A stretch of 64,000 nucleotides of DNA, taken from Acidobacteriota bacterium. GTDB lineage: Bacteria > Acidobacteriota > Vicinamibacteria > Vicinamibacterales > CAVVIG01. Location of the stretch: NCBI GenBank assembly GCA_003222535.1, contig QHWJ01000233.1:13736-77735 (forward strand), in the 5' to 3' direction. Both the position numbers and the translations under genes were made by a program. How positions within the stretch are numbered: the stretch's first letter is position 1; every line of letters begins with the position of its first letter. Under the pieces are notes generated by a model that did no database searches, was not told the origin of the DNA, and saw nothing but the letters and a program-made list of their open reading frames with translations. Below, in pieces: positions 52,357-62,400 of the stretch.

Positions 52357-53376
52357 ATGGCGCGCACGACGACGATGAAGCGGATCGCCGGACAGCTCGG
52401 CGTGTCCATCACCACTGTCTCCAAGGTCCTGAACAACCGCGACGACATCGGCGACGCTACGCGCGCACGCGTGCTCGCCAAGGTGGCCGAGCTCGGCTAC
52501 CAGCCCAATGCCGTCGCGCGCAGCCTTACCCTCCGCCGCACTCACACGCTCGGCATCGTCGTCCCCGATCTGATGCACTCGTTCTTCGTCGAGATCGTCG
52601 CCGGCGTGGAGGCCGTCGCCAGCGCCCGCGGCTACGGCCTGCTGCTCTGCTGCTCGAATGAAGACCCGAAAAAGGAGCGCGCCGACCTCGACCTGCTGCG
52701 CCAGCGCCAGGTGGACGGCGTCGTGCTCGGGTCGGCGAACGCGTCGGGCAACACCGACATGCTGAAGGACCTGAGCGGTCACGGCGTCGGCCTCGTGATG
52801 ATCGACCGCGACGACCATCCCGACGTGCGGTGCGACCGCGTCGTCACCGACGATCTCGAGGTCGGCCGGCTCGCCACCGCGCACCTCGTCGAGCAGGGCC
52901 GCCGTGCCCTGGCGCACATCGCCGGTCCGGCGATCGTCCACGCGCGCCGCCGCGCCGACGGCTACCGCGAGGCGCTCGCGGCCGCCGGCATCAGGGCGCA
53001 CACGGAATGGATCGCCCGCGGCGGGTTCATGGAAGCCGACGGCTACCGCGCGATGAAGCGGCTGCTCGGAGTGAAGCCGCGCATCGACGGCGTGTTCGCG
53101 GCGAACGATCCGGCGGCCATCGGCGCCATGAAAGCGATCTGGGAAGCCAGGCTGCGCGTACCCGAGGACATCGCGGTGGTCGGCGCGGGCGACATCGCGC
53201 TCGGCGATCTCCTGCGCGTGCCGCTGACCACGGTGAGCTGGTCGCGGGAGGAGCAGGGCAGGCGGGCGGGCGAGCTGATTCTCGATCGGATCGAAACCGA
53301 GGGCGCCAGCAAGTTCCGCCGCGTGATCGTGCCGCCCCACCTGGTCGCCCGCCGGTCGAGCGGCGCCGTGGCGTGA
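52357..53376 (+). CDS. LacI family transcriptional regulator
   Basis: HTH MKRIAGQLGVSITTVSKVLNN and YQPNAVARSL, plus a periplasmic-binding-fold effector domain. Confidence 0.93.
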   Translation: MARTTTMKRIAGQLGVSITTVSKVLNNRDDIGDATRARVLAKVAELGYQPNAVARSLTLRRTHTLGIVVPDLMHSFFVEIVAGVEAVASARGYGLLLCCSNEDPKKERADLDLLRQRQVDGVVLGSANASGNTDMLKDLSGHGVGLVMIDRDDHPDVRCDRVVTDDLEVGRLATAHLVEQGRRALAHIAGPAIVHARRRADGYREALAAAGIRAHTEWIARGGFMEADGYRAMKRLLGVKPRIDGVFAANDPAAIGAMKAIWEARLRVPEDIAVVGAGDIALGDLLRVPLTTVSWSREEQGRRAGELILDRIETEGASKFRRVIVPPHLVARRSSGAVA

Positions 53377-53380
53377 GCCC

Positions 53381-54484
53381 ATGGGTCGCGCGTATCGCGC
53401 GCCGGGGCGCGTGAATCTCATCGGCGAGCATACGGATTACAACGACGGCTTCGTCATGCCCGTCGCGATCGATCGTCACACGAGCGTCTCGCTCGAGCCG
53501 AGGACGGATCGCAGGCTCATCGCGCGGTCGGACGCGTACCGCGATCCCGCAGAGATCGACCTCGACGCGATCGGCGGCGGCCCCACCGGTCATTGGAGCG
53601 ACTACGTGCGCGGCGTGGCCGCCGTGCTCGAGCGCGATGGTCACCGTCTGGGCGGCGCCGACCTTCGCGTCCGAAGCGACGTGCCGATCGGCGCGGGCCT
53701 CAGCTCGTCGGCCGCGCTCGAAGTGGCGGTCGGCGGCGCCCTGCTCGGCGCCACGGGCATCGACTTCGATCGCACGGCGCTCGCGCTGGCCTGCCAGCGC
53801 GCCGAGCACGAGTTCGCCGGAACGCGCTGCGGCATCATGGACCAGTTCGTCGTCTGCCACGCGCGCCCCGACCATGCGCTGCTGCTCGACACGCGGACGC
53901 TCGAAATGAAATGGATTCCGCTGCCGGACCAGGTCGCCTTCGTCGTGTGCAATACGATGACGAGGCATGCGCTCGCCGGCAGCGCGTACAACGACCGGCG
54001 GGCGGATTGCGAAGCCGGCGTGCGAGCGATCGCCGCGCGTGTGCCGGGCGTCCGCGCGCTGCGCGATGTGACGCCGGCCATCCTCGAAACGAATCGCGCC
54101 GCGCTGCCGGACCGCATCTACCGCCGCTGCCGCCACGTCGTCACTGAAAACGCGCGCGTGCTGGACGCCGCGCGCTCGCTCGAAGAGCGCGACCTCGACG
54201 CGTTCGGCAGCCTCATGGGCGCGTCGCACCGCAGCCTGCGCGACGACTACGAGGTGAGCTGCCCCGAGCTGGACGCGATGGTCGAGAGCGCGCTCGCAGC
54301 CGGCGCGTACGGCGCGCGCATGACCGGCGGTGGGTTCGGCGGCTGCACGGTGAACCTTGTGGCAGCCGGCGCCGTGGACGACTTTCGCGCTCGCGTGGCC
54401 GGGCGGTACCTCGAGCACACGGGGCACACGCCGGACATCTACGTCTGCACCGCATCTCGAGGAGTCGAAGCGTGTCCTCTCTGA
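53381..54484 (+). CDS. galK: galactokinase
   Basis: GRVNLIGEHTDYNDGFV signature and the GHMP motif PIGAGLSSSAA. Confidence 0.95.
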   Translation: MGRAYRAPGRVNLIGEHTDYNDGFVMPVAIDRHTSVSLEPRTDRRLIARSDAYRDPAEIDLDAIGGGPTGHWSDYVRGVAAVLERDGHRLGGADLRVRSDVPIGAGLSSSAALEVAVGGALLGATGIDFDRTALALACQRAEHEFAGTRCGIMDQFVVCHARPDHALLLDTRTLEMKWIPLPDQVAFVVCNTMTRHALAGSAYNDRRADCEAGVRAIAARVPGVRALRDVTPAILETNRAALPDRIYRRCRHVVTENARVLDAARSLEERDLDAFGSLMGASHRSLRDDYEVSCPELDAMVESALAAGAYGARMTGGGFGGCTVNLVAAGAVDDFRARVAGRYLEHTGHTPDIYVCTASRGVEACPL

Positions 54485-55521
54485 TCGAGCTCGGCCGGCA
54501 CCCGCACCTGCGGTTCGACCCGCTGCGCCGCGAGTGGGTGCAGGTCTCGCCGCGGCGGACCGAACGGCCGTGGCGGGGCCAGGTCGACCCGCCTGAAGCG
54601 GAGACGATTCCCGCGCACGATCCGGGCTGCTACCTCTGCCCGGGCGCGCCGCGCGCGCGCGGCGCGACGAACCCCGACTACTCGACGACGTTTGTGTTCG
54701 ACAACGATTTCGCGGCGCTTCATCCGTCGACGCCGCCCGCCGCGTACACCGACGCGGACCTGCTCGTCGCGCGCAGCGAGCCCGGCATCTGCCGTGTCGT
54801 CTGCTTCTCGCCACGGCACGACCTCACGCTGTCGCGGATGGATTTCGCGGGGATTCGCGCCGTCGTGGACGTGTGGATCGACGAATGCGCGCGGCTCGCC
54901 GCGTGTCCGGAGATCGGGTACGTGCTCGTCTTCGAAAACCGCGGCGCCGCGATGGGCGCGAGCAATCCGCACCCGCACGGCCAGATCTGGGCCACCGCCA
55001 CGGTGCCCAACGAGCCGGCTCGCGAGCAGGCGTCGCTGTCCGCGTGGCGCCACGCGCACGGGGGCTGCCTGCTCTGCGACTACCTCTCGCTCGAGGCCGC
55101 ACGCGGCGAGCGGATGATCGTCGAGAACGGGGCCTTCGCCGCGATCGTGCCGTTCTGGGCGGTCTGGCCGTTCGAAACAATCGTCATCTCGAAGCGGCAC
55201 GTCACCGGTTTGGATGCGCTCGACCAGGCCGGACGCGACGGTCTGGCGGACCTGCTCAAGCGCCTGACGACGCACTACGACAATCTGTTCGAAACGCCGT
55301 TCCCGTATTCGATGGGGTTTCATCAGCGCCCCGCAGACGAAGCACCGCACGACGAGTGGCATCTGCACGCGCACGTCTATCCGCCCCTCCTGCGTTCGGC
55401 GGCCGTCAGGAAATTCATGGTGGGCTACGAGATGCTCGGCACGCCGCAGCGCGACCTGACGCCGGAAGACGCGGCCGCGCGGCTGCGGGCGGCCGGCGAG
55501 GAGCACTACCGTGGGCGATAA
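54472..55521 (+). CDS. galT: galactose-1-phosphate uridylyltransferase
   Basis: CYLCPG zinc motif and the HPHGQIWA active-site HxH. Confidence 0.95.
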   Translation: MSSLIELGRHPHLRFDPLRREWVQVSPRRTERPWRGQVDPPEAETIPAHDPGCYLCPGAPRARGATNPDYSTTFVFDNDFAALHPSTPPAAYTDADLLVARSEPGICRVVCFSPRHDLTLSRMDFAGIRAVVDVWIDECARLAACPEIGYVLVFENRGAAMGASNPHPHGQIWATATVPNEPAREQASLSAWRHAHGGCLLCDYLSLEAARGERMIVENGAFAAIVPFWAVWPFETIVISKRHVTGLDALDQAGRDGLADLLKRLTTHYDNLFETPFPYSMGFHQRPADEAPHDEWHLHAHVYPPLLRSAAVRKFMVGYEMLGTPQRDLTPEDAAARLRAAGEEHYRGR

Positions 55522-57391
55522 TCGAAACCCCTTTCGGCTCCTGACGCGCCGGGCGTTGATCGGCGGTGCGGTTGGCGTCGTGGCGTCAGGCGTCAGCCCC
55601 GTCGTGGCGTCCGGCTTTAGCAGGACCTTCGGTCCGCCTGAAGGCGAACCCCACGTACTGGACGTCGCGGCACTCGCGGCCTCGCCTGCGCGTATCGTGC
55701 CCGTCGACTCGACCGTGGACGTGCGCCGCGTCGACGTCACGCGTACGTGGACCGGTCCCCTGTGCCGATCCTCGGTCACCAATCGCCTCAACCAACCGAT
55801 CCGCATCAAGGAAATCGTCCTCTTCGAGATCGAGACGACAATGCCTCCGGCCACACGGCTCTACGGCGAAGGCTTTCAGATGCTCACGCAGACCGGCGGC
55901 ACGCTGGGCGCGCCGGTGGACTACAGTCAGTACACCGACGCGAAGCACTACAAACTGCTTGAACCGCCGGACGCGCGAACCTTCTACGGTCTGCTGACGC
56001 TCGCGCCTCCGGGAGAGGACGTCAAGGCGCTCGCGTTCACATCGTGTCGTCGCTTCAGCGGCGCGTTCCGCGTGCGCGGAGCGGGCGGAACGGCGCTTCA
56101 GGTTGTCGTCGACACCGAAGGGCTGTCGATTGGACCCGGCGAAACGTGGCCGCTCGAAGAATTCACGTTCCACACCGGGGCCAGCCGCGAGGCGATGCTC
56201 GAAGACGTCGCCGCCCGTCTCGCAGCGAACCATCCACCGCTGCGCGTTGCCACTCCGCCGGCCGGCTGGTGCTCGTGGTACTGCTTCGGGCCGCGCGTCA
56301 CCGCGCAGCAGGTGCTCGACAACCTCGACGCCATCGAGCAGAAAATCCCCGGCCTCACCTACGTCCAGATCGACGACGGGTATCAGCCGGCAATGGGCGA
56401 CTGGCTCGAGACCGGCGGCGCCTTCGGCGGGAACGTGCAGCGGGTGCTCGCCGAGATTCGCCGCCGCGGATTCCAGCCGGCGATCTGGGTGGCACCGTTC
56501 ATCGCCGAAGAAACGTCGCACGTGTTTCAGGGGCACCGCGACTGGTTCGTCAAGGACGCAGGCGGATCGCCGTTGCGGTCGGATCGCGTCACCTTCGGCG
56601 GCTGGCGGCGCGGACCGTGGTACGCGCTCGACGGCACGCACCCCGAGGTGCAGCAGCATTTCGAGCGGCTGTTCCGCACGATGCGGACAGAGTGGGGCTG
56701 CTCGTACTTCAAGCTCGACGCCAACTTCTGGGGCGCGATTCACGGCGGCCGCTTTCACGACCGGCGCGCGACGCGCGTCGAGGCGTACCGGCGCGGCATG
56801 CAGGCGATCCTGCGCGGCGCCGGCGACAGCTTCGTCCTTGGCTGCAACCATCCGATCTGGCCGTCGATCGGCGTCGTCCACGGCTCGCGCAGCTCGAACG
56901 ACATCAAGCGCGAATGGGATCGCGTCTCCAGTACGGCCCGCCAGAACCTGAGCCGCAACTGGCAGAACGGACGACTCTGGTGGAACGACCCCGACGCCAT
57001 CGTCCTCACGGGCGATCTGCCGGACGACGAGTTCCAGTTTCATGCGACGGCGATTTACGCGAGCGGCGGGATGGTGCTGTCGGGCGACGACCTGACGGCG
57101 ATTCCGCCGGCTCGTCTCGCGATGCTGGCCAAGCTCGTGCCGCCGACCGGAGTGGCGGCGCGATTCGAGGACGACGCGCTCGACGTCGGCGTCGTGACGC
57201 TGCCGGCGGCGCGAATGCTCTGTTTCTTCAACTGGAGCGACCGGCCGAAACCCTTCACCGTGCCGCTCGCGAGCCCGGCGCGCCTTCGCGACTTCTGGAG
57301 CGACGAGTCGCTGGGCCGGCATGACGGATCGGTCACCGTGAAGGACGTGCCGGCGCACGGCGCGCGGCTGCTGGTGTGCCAGGAACCGTGA
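55511..57391 (+). CDS. alpha-galactosidase (GH36-like) with Tat-type signal
   Basis: TRRALIGG twin-arginine leader, [17 protein letters not shown] and KLDANF motifs. A REP hairpin lies in frame after the signal ([13 protein letters not shown]). Confidence 0.85.
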   Translation: MGDNRNPFRLLTRRALIGGAVGVVASGVSPVVASGFSRTFGPPEGEPHVLDVAALAASPARIVPVDSTVDVRRVDVTRTWTGPLCRSSVTNRLNQPIRIKEIVLFEIETTMPPATRLYGEGFQMLTQTGGTLGAPVDYSQYTDAKHYKLLEPPDARTFYGLLTLAPPGEDVKALAFTSCRRFSGAFRVRGAGGTALQVVVDTEGLSIGPGETWPLEEFTFHTGASREAMLEDVAARLAANHPPLRVATPPAGWCSWYCFGPRVTAQQVLDNLDAIEQKIPGLTYVQIDDGYQPAMGDWLETGGAFGGNVQRVLAEIRRRGFQPAIWVAPFIAEETSHVFQGHRDWFVKDAGGSPLRSDRVTFGGWRRGPWYALDGTHPEVQQHFERLFRTMRTEWGCSYFKLDANFWGAIHGGRFHDRRATRVEAYRRGMQAILRGAGDSFVLGCNHPIWPSIGVVHGSRSSNDIKREWDRVSSTARQNLSRNWQNGRLWWNDPDAIVLTGDLPDDEFQFHATAIYASGGMVLSGDDLTAIPPARLAMLAKLVPPTGVAARFEDDALDVGVVTLPAARMLCFFNWSDRPKPFTVPLASPARLRDFWSDESLGRHDGSVTVKDVPAHGARLLVCQEP

Positions 57392-58689
57392 CGAAAGCCG
57401 GTTTCAAAACCGCGCAACCCGGAACCGGAGCACGCATTCAGGTGGCGCTCACGTCGTTCGTGGTGTTGTTCACGATCGTCGGTCTTGCGCTCTACGGGCT
57501 GCCGCTCTACTACGATTTCTTCGTGCGCGACTTCGCCTGGTCGCGCACGCAAGTCACCTCCGGCAACGCGCTCAGCAAGCTCGTGGTCGGGCCGCTGTTC
57601 GGGTTCGTCGCCGGCTGGTTCGTCGATCGGTTCGGGCCGAGGCGGCTGATGCTCGCGGGCATCCTGATGGCAGGCTTCGCCCTGATCGGTCTCGGCCGCA
57701 TGACCGTCTTGTGGATGTTCTACCTCTTCTATCTGCTCAACGCCCTCGGGTACGTGTGCGGCGGACCACTGCCGAACCAGGTCCTGCTCTCGCGGTGGTT
57801 CGATCGGGCGCGCGGACGGGCCATGGGCTTCGCGTATCTCGGCATCGGCGTCGGCGGTGCGCTCGTGCCGCTGGTGTCGGCATCGCTCGTCGCCGCCTTC
57901 GGCTGGCGCGTGGCCCTGCAGGTGCTCGGCCTGCTCATCATCGTCCTCGCGCTGCCGTTCGCGTACGCAGTGCGCGAGTCGCCGAGCGCGGACGATCACG
58001 ATGGAGCGCGAAGGCTTCAGCCGAGCGTCCTCGTAGTGCGACGGCTTCAGCCGAGCGTCCTCGGAGCGCGAAGGCTTCAGCCGAGCGATTCAATCGGCGC
58101 CATTCTCAGGACGCCGGCGTTCTACCTGCTCGCGCTCGGCAGCATGTGCTCGATTGCGGCCGTTGGCGGCGCCAACCAGCATCTGAAGCTGTATCTGAGC
58201 CTCGATCGCGGATACTCGCAGGGCGAGGCGGCGCGGATCATCTCGCTCGTGCTCGCGCTCAGCATCGCCGGCCGGCTCCTCATGGGCTGGCTCGCGGATC
58301 GGATGCCGAAGAAGCACGTCATGCTGATCATCTATCTGCTCGTCGCCGTCTCGATCCCGCTGCTCTTCCTCGCCTCGTCCGCCACTGCGATGTACGCGTT
58401 CGCTGTCGTCTTCGGCCTCGGCCTCGGGGGCGAATACTTGATCGTCCCCCTCATCGCCGCGGAGTTGTTCGGCGTCGGCGTCCTCGGCCGGCTGCTCGGC
58501 GTCGTGCTGACGGCCGACGGTGTCGCGGAGGCGGTGTCGCCGATGCTCGTCGGCTACCTGCGCGACGTCAGCGGCAGCTACCGGATCGGGTTCTTCTGGC
58601 TGATCGCCGTCGCGCTGACGGGGGCGGCGGCGGTCGCCGCGCTGCCGCGACAACGCGACCAGTTCCTTGCCGTGAAAGAGCCGTCATGA
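57376..58689 (+). CDS. MFS transporter
   Basis: 12-TM pattern and a [11 protein letters not shown] loop motif. An alternative GTG start at 57388 overlaps the upstream stop. Confidence 0.88.
   Translation: MPGTVTKAGFKTAQPGTGARIQVALTSFVVLFTIVGLALYGLPLYYDFFVRDFAWSRTQVTSGNALSKLVVGPLFGFVAGWFVDRFGPRRLMLAGILMAGFALIGLGRMTVLWMFYLFYLLNALGYVCGGPLPNQVLLSRWFDRARGRAMGFAYLGIGVGGALVPLVSASLVAAFGWRVALQVLGLLIIVLALPFAYAVRESPSADDHDGARRLQPSVLVVRRLQPSVLGARRLQPSDSIGAILRTPAFYLLALGSMCSIAAVGGANQHLKLYLSLDRGYSQGEAARIISLVLALSIAGRLLMGWLADRMPKKHVMLIIYLLVAVSIPLLFLASSATAMYAFAVVFGLGLGGEYLIVPLIAAELFGVGVLGRLLGVVLTADGVAEAVSPMLVGYLRDVSGSYRIGFFWLIAVALTGAAAVAALPRQRDQFLAVKEPS
58003..58089. repeat. three tandem REP-like units in frame in the central loop of the MFS transporter
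   Basis: GGAGCGCGAAGGCTTCAGCCGAGCGTCCTC / GCGACGGCTTCAGCCGAGCGTCCTC / GGAGCGCGAAGGCTTCAGCCGAGCG, encoding [29 protein letters not shown]. Confidence 0.85.
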
Positions 58690-59894
58690 AAATCGTCGAC
58701 GCAACCGTCTTTGTCTGCTGTCCGGGACGCAACTTCGTCACGCTGAGAATCATGACCGAGGACGGCGTCTACGGCCTCGGCGATGCCACGTTGAATGGCC
58801 GCGAGCTGGCCGTCGCCTCGTATCTCACCGATCATATCGTCCCCCTGCTCATCGGCCGGGACGCCCGGCGGATCGAGGATATCTGGCAGTTCTTGTACAA
58901 AGGCGCCTACTGGCGGCGCGGCCCCGTGACGATGGCTGCGATCGGCGCGGTCGATACGGCGCTCTGGGACATCCTCGGCAAAGCGTTGAACACACCGATC
59001 TATCAGCTGATCGGCGGCGCCTCGCGCGAGGCGGTCATGGTCTACGGGCACGCCAACGGATCGACGGCCGACGAGACGATCGCGGCGGTGAAGCGCTATG
59101 TGGACCTCGGCTATCTGGCGGTCCGCGCGCAATGCGCCGTGCCGGGGCTCGCCGCCACGTACGGGGTCGGACGCGGCGAGCTCTACTACGAGCCGGCCGA
59201 GCCGGGCCTGCCGCCGGAAACGCCGTGGAGCAGCGAACGGTATCTGGCGTTCGTGCCGTCGCTCTTCGACGGCCTGCGGCGTGAATTCGGTTCGGCGCTG
59301 CACCTGCTTCACGACGTCCACCATCGCCTGACGCCGATCGAGGCGGCGCGCCTCGGCAAGAGCCTCGAGCCGCACCATCTCTTCTGGCTGGAAGATCCGA
59401 CGCCCGCCGAAGTGCAGGAGAGCTTCCGCACGATTCGCCGGCACACGACGACGCCGATCGCCGTCGGCGAGGTGTTCAACACGATCTACGACTGCAGCCG
59501 GCTCGTCGAGGAGGAGCTGATCGACTACATCCGCATGACCGTCGTGCACTCCGGAGGCATCAGCCATCTGCGGAAAATCGCCGCGCTCGCGGAGTTGCAT
59601 CACGTCCGGACCGGAGCGCACGGCGCGACCGACCTGAGCCCGGTCTGCCTGGCGGCGGCGCTGCATTTCGATCTGAGCGTCCACAATTTCGGCATCCAGG
59701 AGTACATGCGGCACACGGACGAGACCGACCGGGTGTTTCCGCACGCATACACTTTCGAGCGCGGCTTCATGCATCCCGGCAACAAGCCCGGTCTCGGCGT
59801 CGACCTCGACGAAAGGCTGGCCGCAACGTTCCCGTATCAGCGCGCGTATCTTCCCATCAACCGGAAACTCGATGGCACAATGCACAGTTGGTGA
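58686..59894 (+). CDS. enolase-superfamily acid-sugar dehydratase, ManD (D-mannonate dehydratase) subgroup
   Basis: [41 protein letters not shown]...GAYWRRGPV is the ManD-subgroup N-terminus. The ATG overlaps the MFS stop. Confidence 0.9.
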   Translation: MKIVDATVFVCCPGRNFVTLRIMTEDGVYGLGDATLNGRELAVASYLTDHIVPLLIGRDARRIEDIWQFLYKGAYWRRGPVTMAAIGAVDTALWDILGKALNTPIYQLIGGASREAVMVYGHANGSTADETIAAVKRYVDLGYLAVRAQCAVPGLAATYGVGRGELYYEPAEPGLPPETPWSSERYLAFVPSLFDGLRREFGSALHLLHDVHHRLTPIEAARLGKSLEPHHLFWLEDPTPAEVQESFRTIRRHTTTPIAVGEVFNTIYDCSRLVEEELIDYIRMTVVHSGGISHLRKIAALAELHHVRTGAHGATDLSPVCLAAALHFDLSVHNFGIQEYMRHTDETDRVFPHAYTFERGFMHPGNKPGLGVDLDERLAATFPYQRAYLPINRKLDGTMHSW

Positions 59895-59909
59895 GCAGGT
59901 CCTGGTCCT

Positions 59910-60791
59910 ATGAGCATCTCACTATCGCGACGGAGCTTTCTCGCCGGTCTCGGCGCGGCCGGAGCGGCCGCCGCGATGGCCGAACCGCCGCCGATCCGCG
60001 TCGGCTACGCCGCGATCACGTGGGGCGGCGACGACCAACGTGCGATTCGCGAAATCGCGGAGGCCGGGTTCCCGGGCATTCAGCTCCGCAACAGCGCCGT
60101 CGAGCGATTCGGGCGCGCGCCGGCGGAGCTGCGCGATCTGCTGGCGCGGCAGAAGCTGACGCTCGCCGCGCTGTCGAGCGGCAACCTGCGGATCGATCCG
60201 GCCGTCGAAAAGACCGAGATCGCGACGCACGTCGCCCACGCGCAATTCGTCCGCGACGTCGGCGGACGATACCTTCAGGTGATCGACGAGCGGCCGAAAG
60301 GACGACCGATTGTCGAGGCCGACTATGCGCGCCTGGGGCGTCTGATGACCGAGCTGGGCCGCCGGACCGCGGACGCCGGCGTCGCGCTCGTCTATCACCA
60401 TCACATGAACAGCCTCGGCGAGAAGCCGCGCGAGATCGACGCGGTCCTCGACGCGACCGATCCGCGGCACGTCGGCGTGCTGTTCGACATCGCGCATTAT
60501 CAGCAGGGCGGCGGCGATCCGGTCGCCGCGATTCGGCGGTACCGCGACCACATTCGCGTCGTGCACTTGAAGGACGTCCGCGCGATCGACCGCGCGCCCG
60601 GCTACGAGTGGGTGGAGCTCGGCCGCGGCCGCGTGGACGTGAAGGGGTGCGTGACAGCGTTGAAGGAGATCGGCTTCCGCGGCTGGGCGATCGTCGAGCT
60701 CGATCGCGTGCCCGAGCCGACTGGATCGCCGAAGGCGTCGGCCATCCTGAACAAGCGGTACGTCGAGCAGGAGCTCGGCCTCACTGTCTAG
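59910..60791 (+). CDS. sugar phosphate isomerase/epimerase (xylose-isomerase-like TIM barrel) with Tat signal
   Basis: SRRSFLAGLGAAGAAAAMA leader and the AP-endonuclease-2/TIM pattern (HLKD..., ELD). Confidence 0.82.
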   Translation: MSISLSRRSFLAGLGAAGAAAAMAEPPPIRVGYAAITWGGDDQRAIREIAEAGFPGIQLRNSAVERFGRAPAELRDLLARQKLTLAALSSGNLRIDPAVEKTEIATHVAHAQFVRDVGGRYLQVIDERPKGRPIVEADYARLGRLMTELGRRTADAGVALVYHHHMNSLGEKPREIDAVLDATDPRHVGVLFDIAHYQQGGGDPVAAIRRYRDHIRVVHLKDVRAIDRAPGYEWVELGRGRVDVKGCVTALKEIGFRGWAIVELDRVPEPTGSPKASAILNKRYVEQELGLTV

Positions 60792-60865
60792 CTCGGCGTC
60801 GCCAGGCCAACAGCCTGGCGAAAGACGCGACCTCAAAAACCGCTCGGGTGCGCTCGTCGAGATCT

Positions 60866-60967
60866 GAAGAAATCACGCTCAACGCAGAAACCGCGGAACC
60901 CGCAGAGAAAAATGTCAGGGTCTTTCTGCGAGTTTTGCGAGTTCTGCGTTCAACGTCGTATTTCTTC
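60866..60967. repeat. ~100-nt hairpin of the CGCAGAGA/TCTGCG family
   Basis: GAAGAAATCACGCTCAACGCAGAAACCGCGGAACCCGCAGAG ... TTTCTGCGAGTTTTGCGAGTTCTGCGTTCAACGTCGTATTTCTTC. Related copies lie at 29903-29985 and, inverted, at 16031-16055. Confidence 0.8.
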
Positions 60968-60972
60968 TAGAT

Positions 60973-61080
60973 CTAGAAGCGGTACACGATCGTCACCTGC
61001 AGAGCACGCGCCGGCTGCTGATTGCGCATGCCCAGGTAGTTCGGGTTGAACTGTTCGTTCGCGCTGTTGTAGTTGTACGT
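60973..61080 (-). pseudogene. relic of a TonB-dependent receptor C-terminus (35 codons)
   Basis: Minus-strand reading gives YNYNSANEQFNPNYLGMRNQQPARALQVTIVYRF*. This is a typical TBDR terminal strand ending in Phe. An in-frame stop lies immediately upstream. Confidence 0.5.
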
Positions 61081-61104
61081 TCAACCTCCGGAAACCTCCC
61101 CGAA

Positions 61105-61316
61105 CACCTAGTGTCCCGTAACAGTGATTCGTTGCATAAGTCCCGGAGCGCGGCGCCCGGATGGCAAGGCGCGAGGAGCGCGCATACCGGGAGTATGTAA
61201 GCGACGAGCAACGCAGCCAGCCCCGGGGTCCCCAACGCGGCAGCCGCGTTGGGGTGGAGGAGGGATGCCCCGCCCGGGAATTATGTGACGAATCACTGTT
61301 ACGGGACACTAGGGTG
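61105..61316. mobile_element. MITE-like element, copy 4 (212 bp): same core, different 28-bp terminal inverted repeats
   Basis: CACCTAGTGTCCCGTAACAGTGATTCGT ... ACGAATCACTGTTACGGGACACTAGGGTG. The core GATGGCAAGGCGCGA...ATACCGGGAGTAT...GGGGTCCCCAACGCGGCAGCCGCGTTGGGGTGGAG is shared with copies 1-3. Confidence 0.8.
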
Positions 61317-62382
61317 CAGACGCATTTACAACCCCGCCCGGCGAGTTGTCAACAACCTCCAGCTCCACCGGCTGGTTCGCACGCGACGCGCGGTAGATCG
61401 CTTCGATGACCTCGACGCTCTGCCGGCCTTGCGGACCGTCGCAGCACGGGGCTGTCCCGCGCGCGATCGCGGCGAGGAAATCCTCGAGCACCGCACGATG
61501 CGCCGACGCGTCCGCCACGACCGGCGACGAGGCGGCGACCGATGCCGCGCTCGCGGATTCGACGACGAGATCCGTCGGCGGTTTCCGCAGATCCGCGGCC
61601 ACGAGTCGGTCGCCGTCGAGCATGACCGTGCCTTCCGACCCGGTCAGCTCCAGGCGACGCGGGTATCCCGGATACGCCGACGTCGCCGCTTCGATGGTTC
61701 CGAGCGCACCGCTCGCGAACTCGAGCGCCGCCACCGCGGTGTCCTCGACCTGGATCGCATGCAGCCGCGTCGCGACCTTGCCGAACACGCGGCGTACCGG
61801 CCCGAAGAGCCACAGCAGCAGATCGACGGTGTGCACGGCTTGATTCATGAGCGCGCCGCCGCCATCGAGCGCTTGCGTGCCGCGCCACGTCGAGGCGGCG
61901 TAATACTCCGGCGGCCGGTGCCACCGGACGCGCGCCGACACCAGGATCGGCGTGCCCAGCCGCCCGCTGTCCACGATCGCTTTCAGCCGCGCGACGCCGG
62001 GCTTCATCCGATCCTGGAAGATCACGCCGAGCGTGACCCCCGCTCGGGCGGCTTCGGCGATGAGCCGATCGGCGCCGGCCGTGGAGACGTCGATCGGCTT
62101 CTCCACGAGCACGTGCAGGCCGCGTCGAGCCGCGGCAATGCCCTGCTCGGCGTGAAGGCCCGACGGGCTGCCGATGACGACCAGGTCCAGGGGAACGTGT
62201 TGCAGGAAGCGCTCGAGATCGGAGTAGGCCGCGGCACCGCAGCGCACGGCCAGCCGTTCCGCCTTCTCGCGCGTGCGTCCGCAGACCGCCGCGATGCGCA
62301 CGCCCTCGATGGCGCCGGCCGCTGCGGCGTGCGTCTCGCTGATGTTGCCCGCGCCGATCAGCCCGATGTGGACGTCAGCCAT
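61309..62382 (-). CDS. Gfo/Idh/MocA family oxidoreductase
   Basis: IGLIGAGNISETHA Rossmann start and an EKP motif. The last two codons and the TAG stop lie inside the MITE terminal repeat. Confidence 0.88.
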   Translation of the reverse strand: MADVHIGLIGAGNISETHAAAAGAIEGVRIAAVCGRTREKAERLAVRCGAAAYSDLERFLQHVPLDLVVIGSPSGLHAEQGIAAARRGLHVLVEKPIDVSTAGADRLIAEAARAGVTLGVIFQDRMKPGVARLKAIVDSGRLGTPILVSARVRWHRPPEYYAASTWRGTQALDGGGALMNQAVHTVDLLLWLFGPVRRVFGKVATRLHAIQVEDTAVAALEFASGALGTIEAATSAYPGYPRRLELTGSEGTVMLDGDRLVAADLRKPPTDLVVESASAASVAASSPVVADASAHRAVLEDFLAAIARGTAPCCDGPQGRQSVEVIEAIYRASRANQPVELEVVDNSPGGVVNASAP

Positions 62383-62400
62383 CAGTCCCCAGTCCCCAGT

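Noticed and set aside
57711-59894. Upstream-extended ORFs: 57711-59894 (727 aa), 38091-40619 (842 aa), 43549-45198, 27068-27883, 11411-12448, 49172-50560 and 10074-10940.
   Set aside because: The family-homologous part starts at an internal start codon, often overlapping the upstream stop. The upstream portions are out-of-frame overlaps with real genes or are repeat-encoded.
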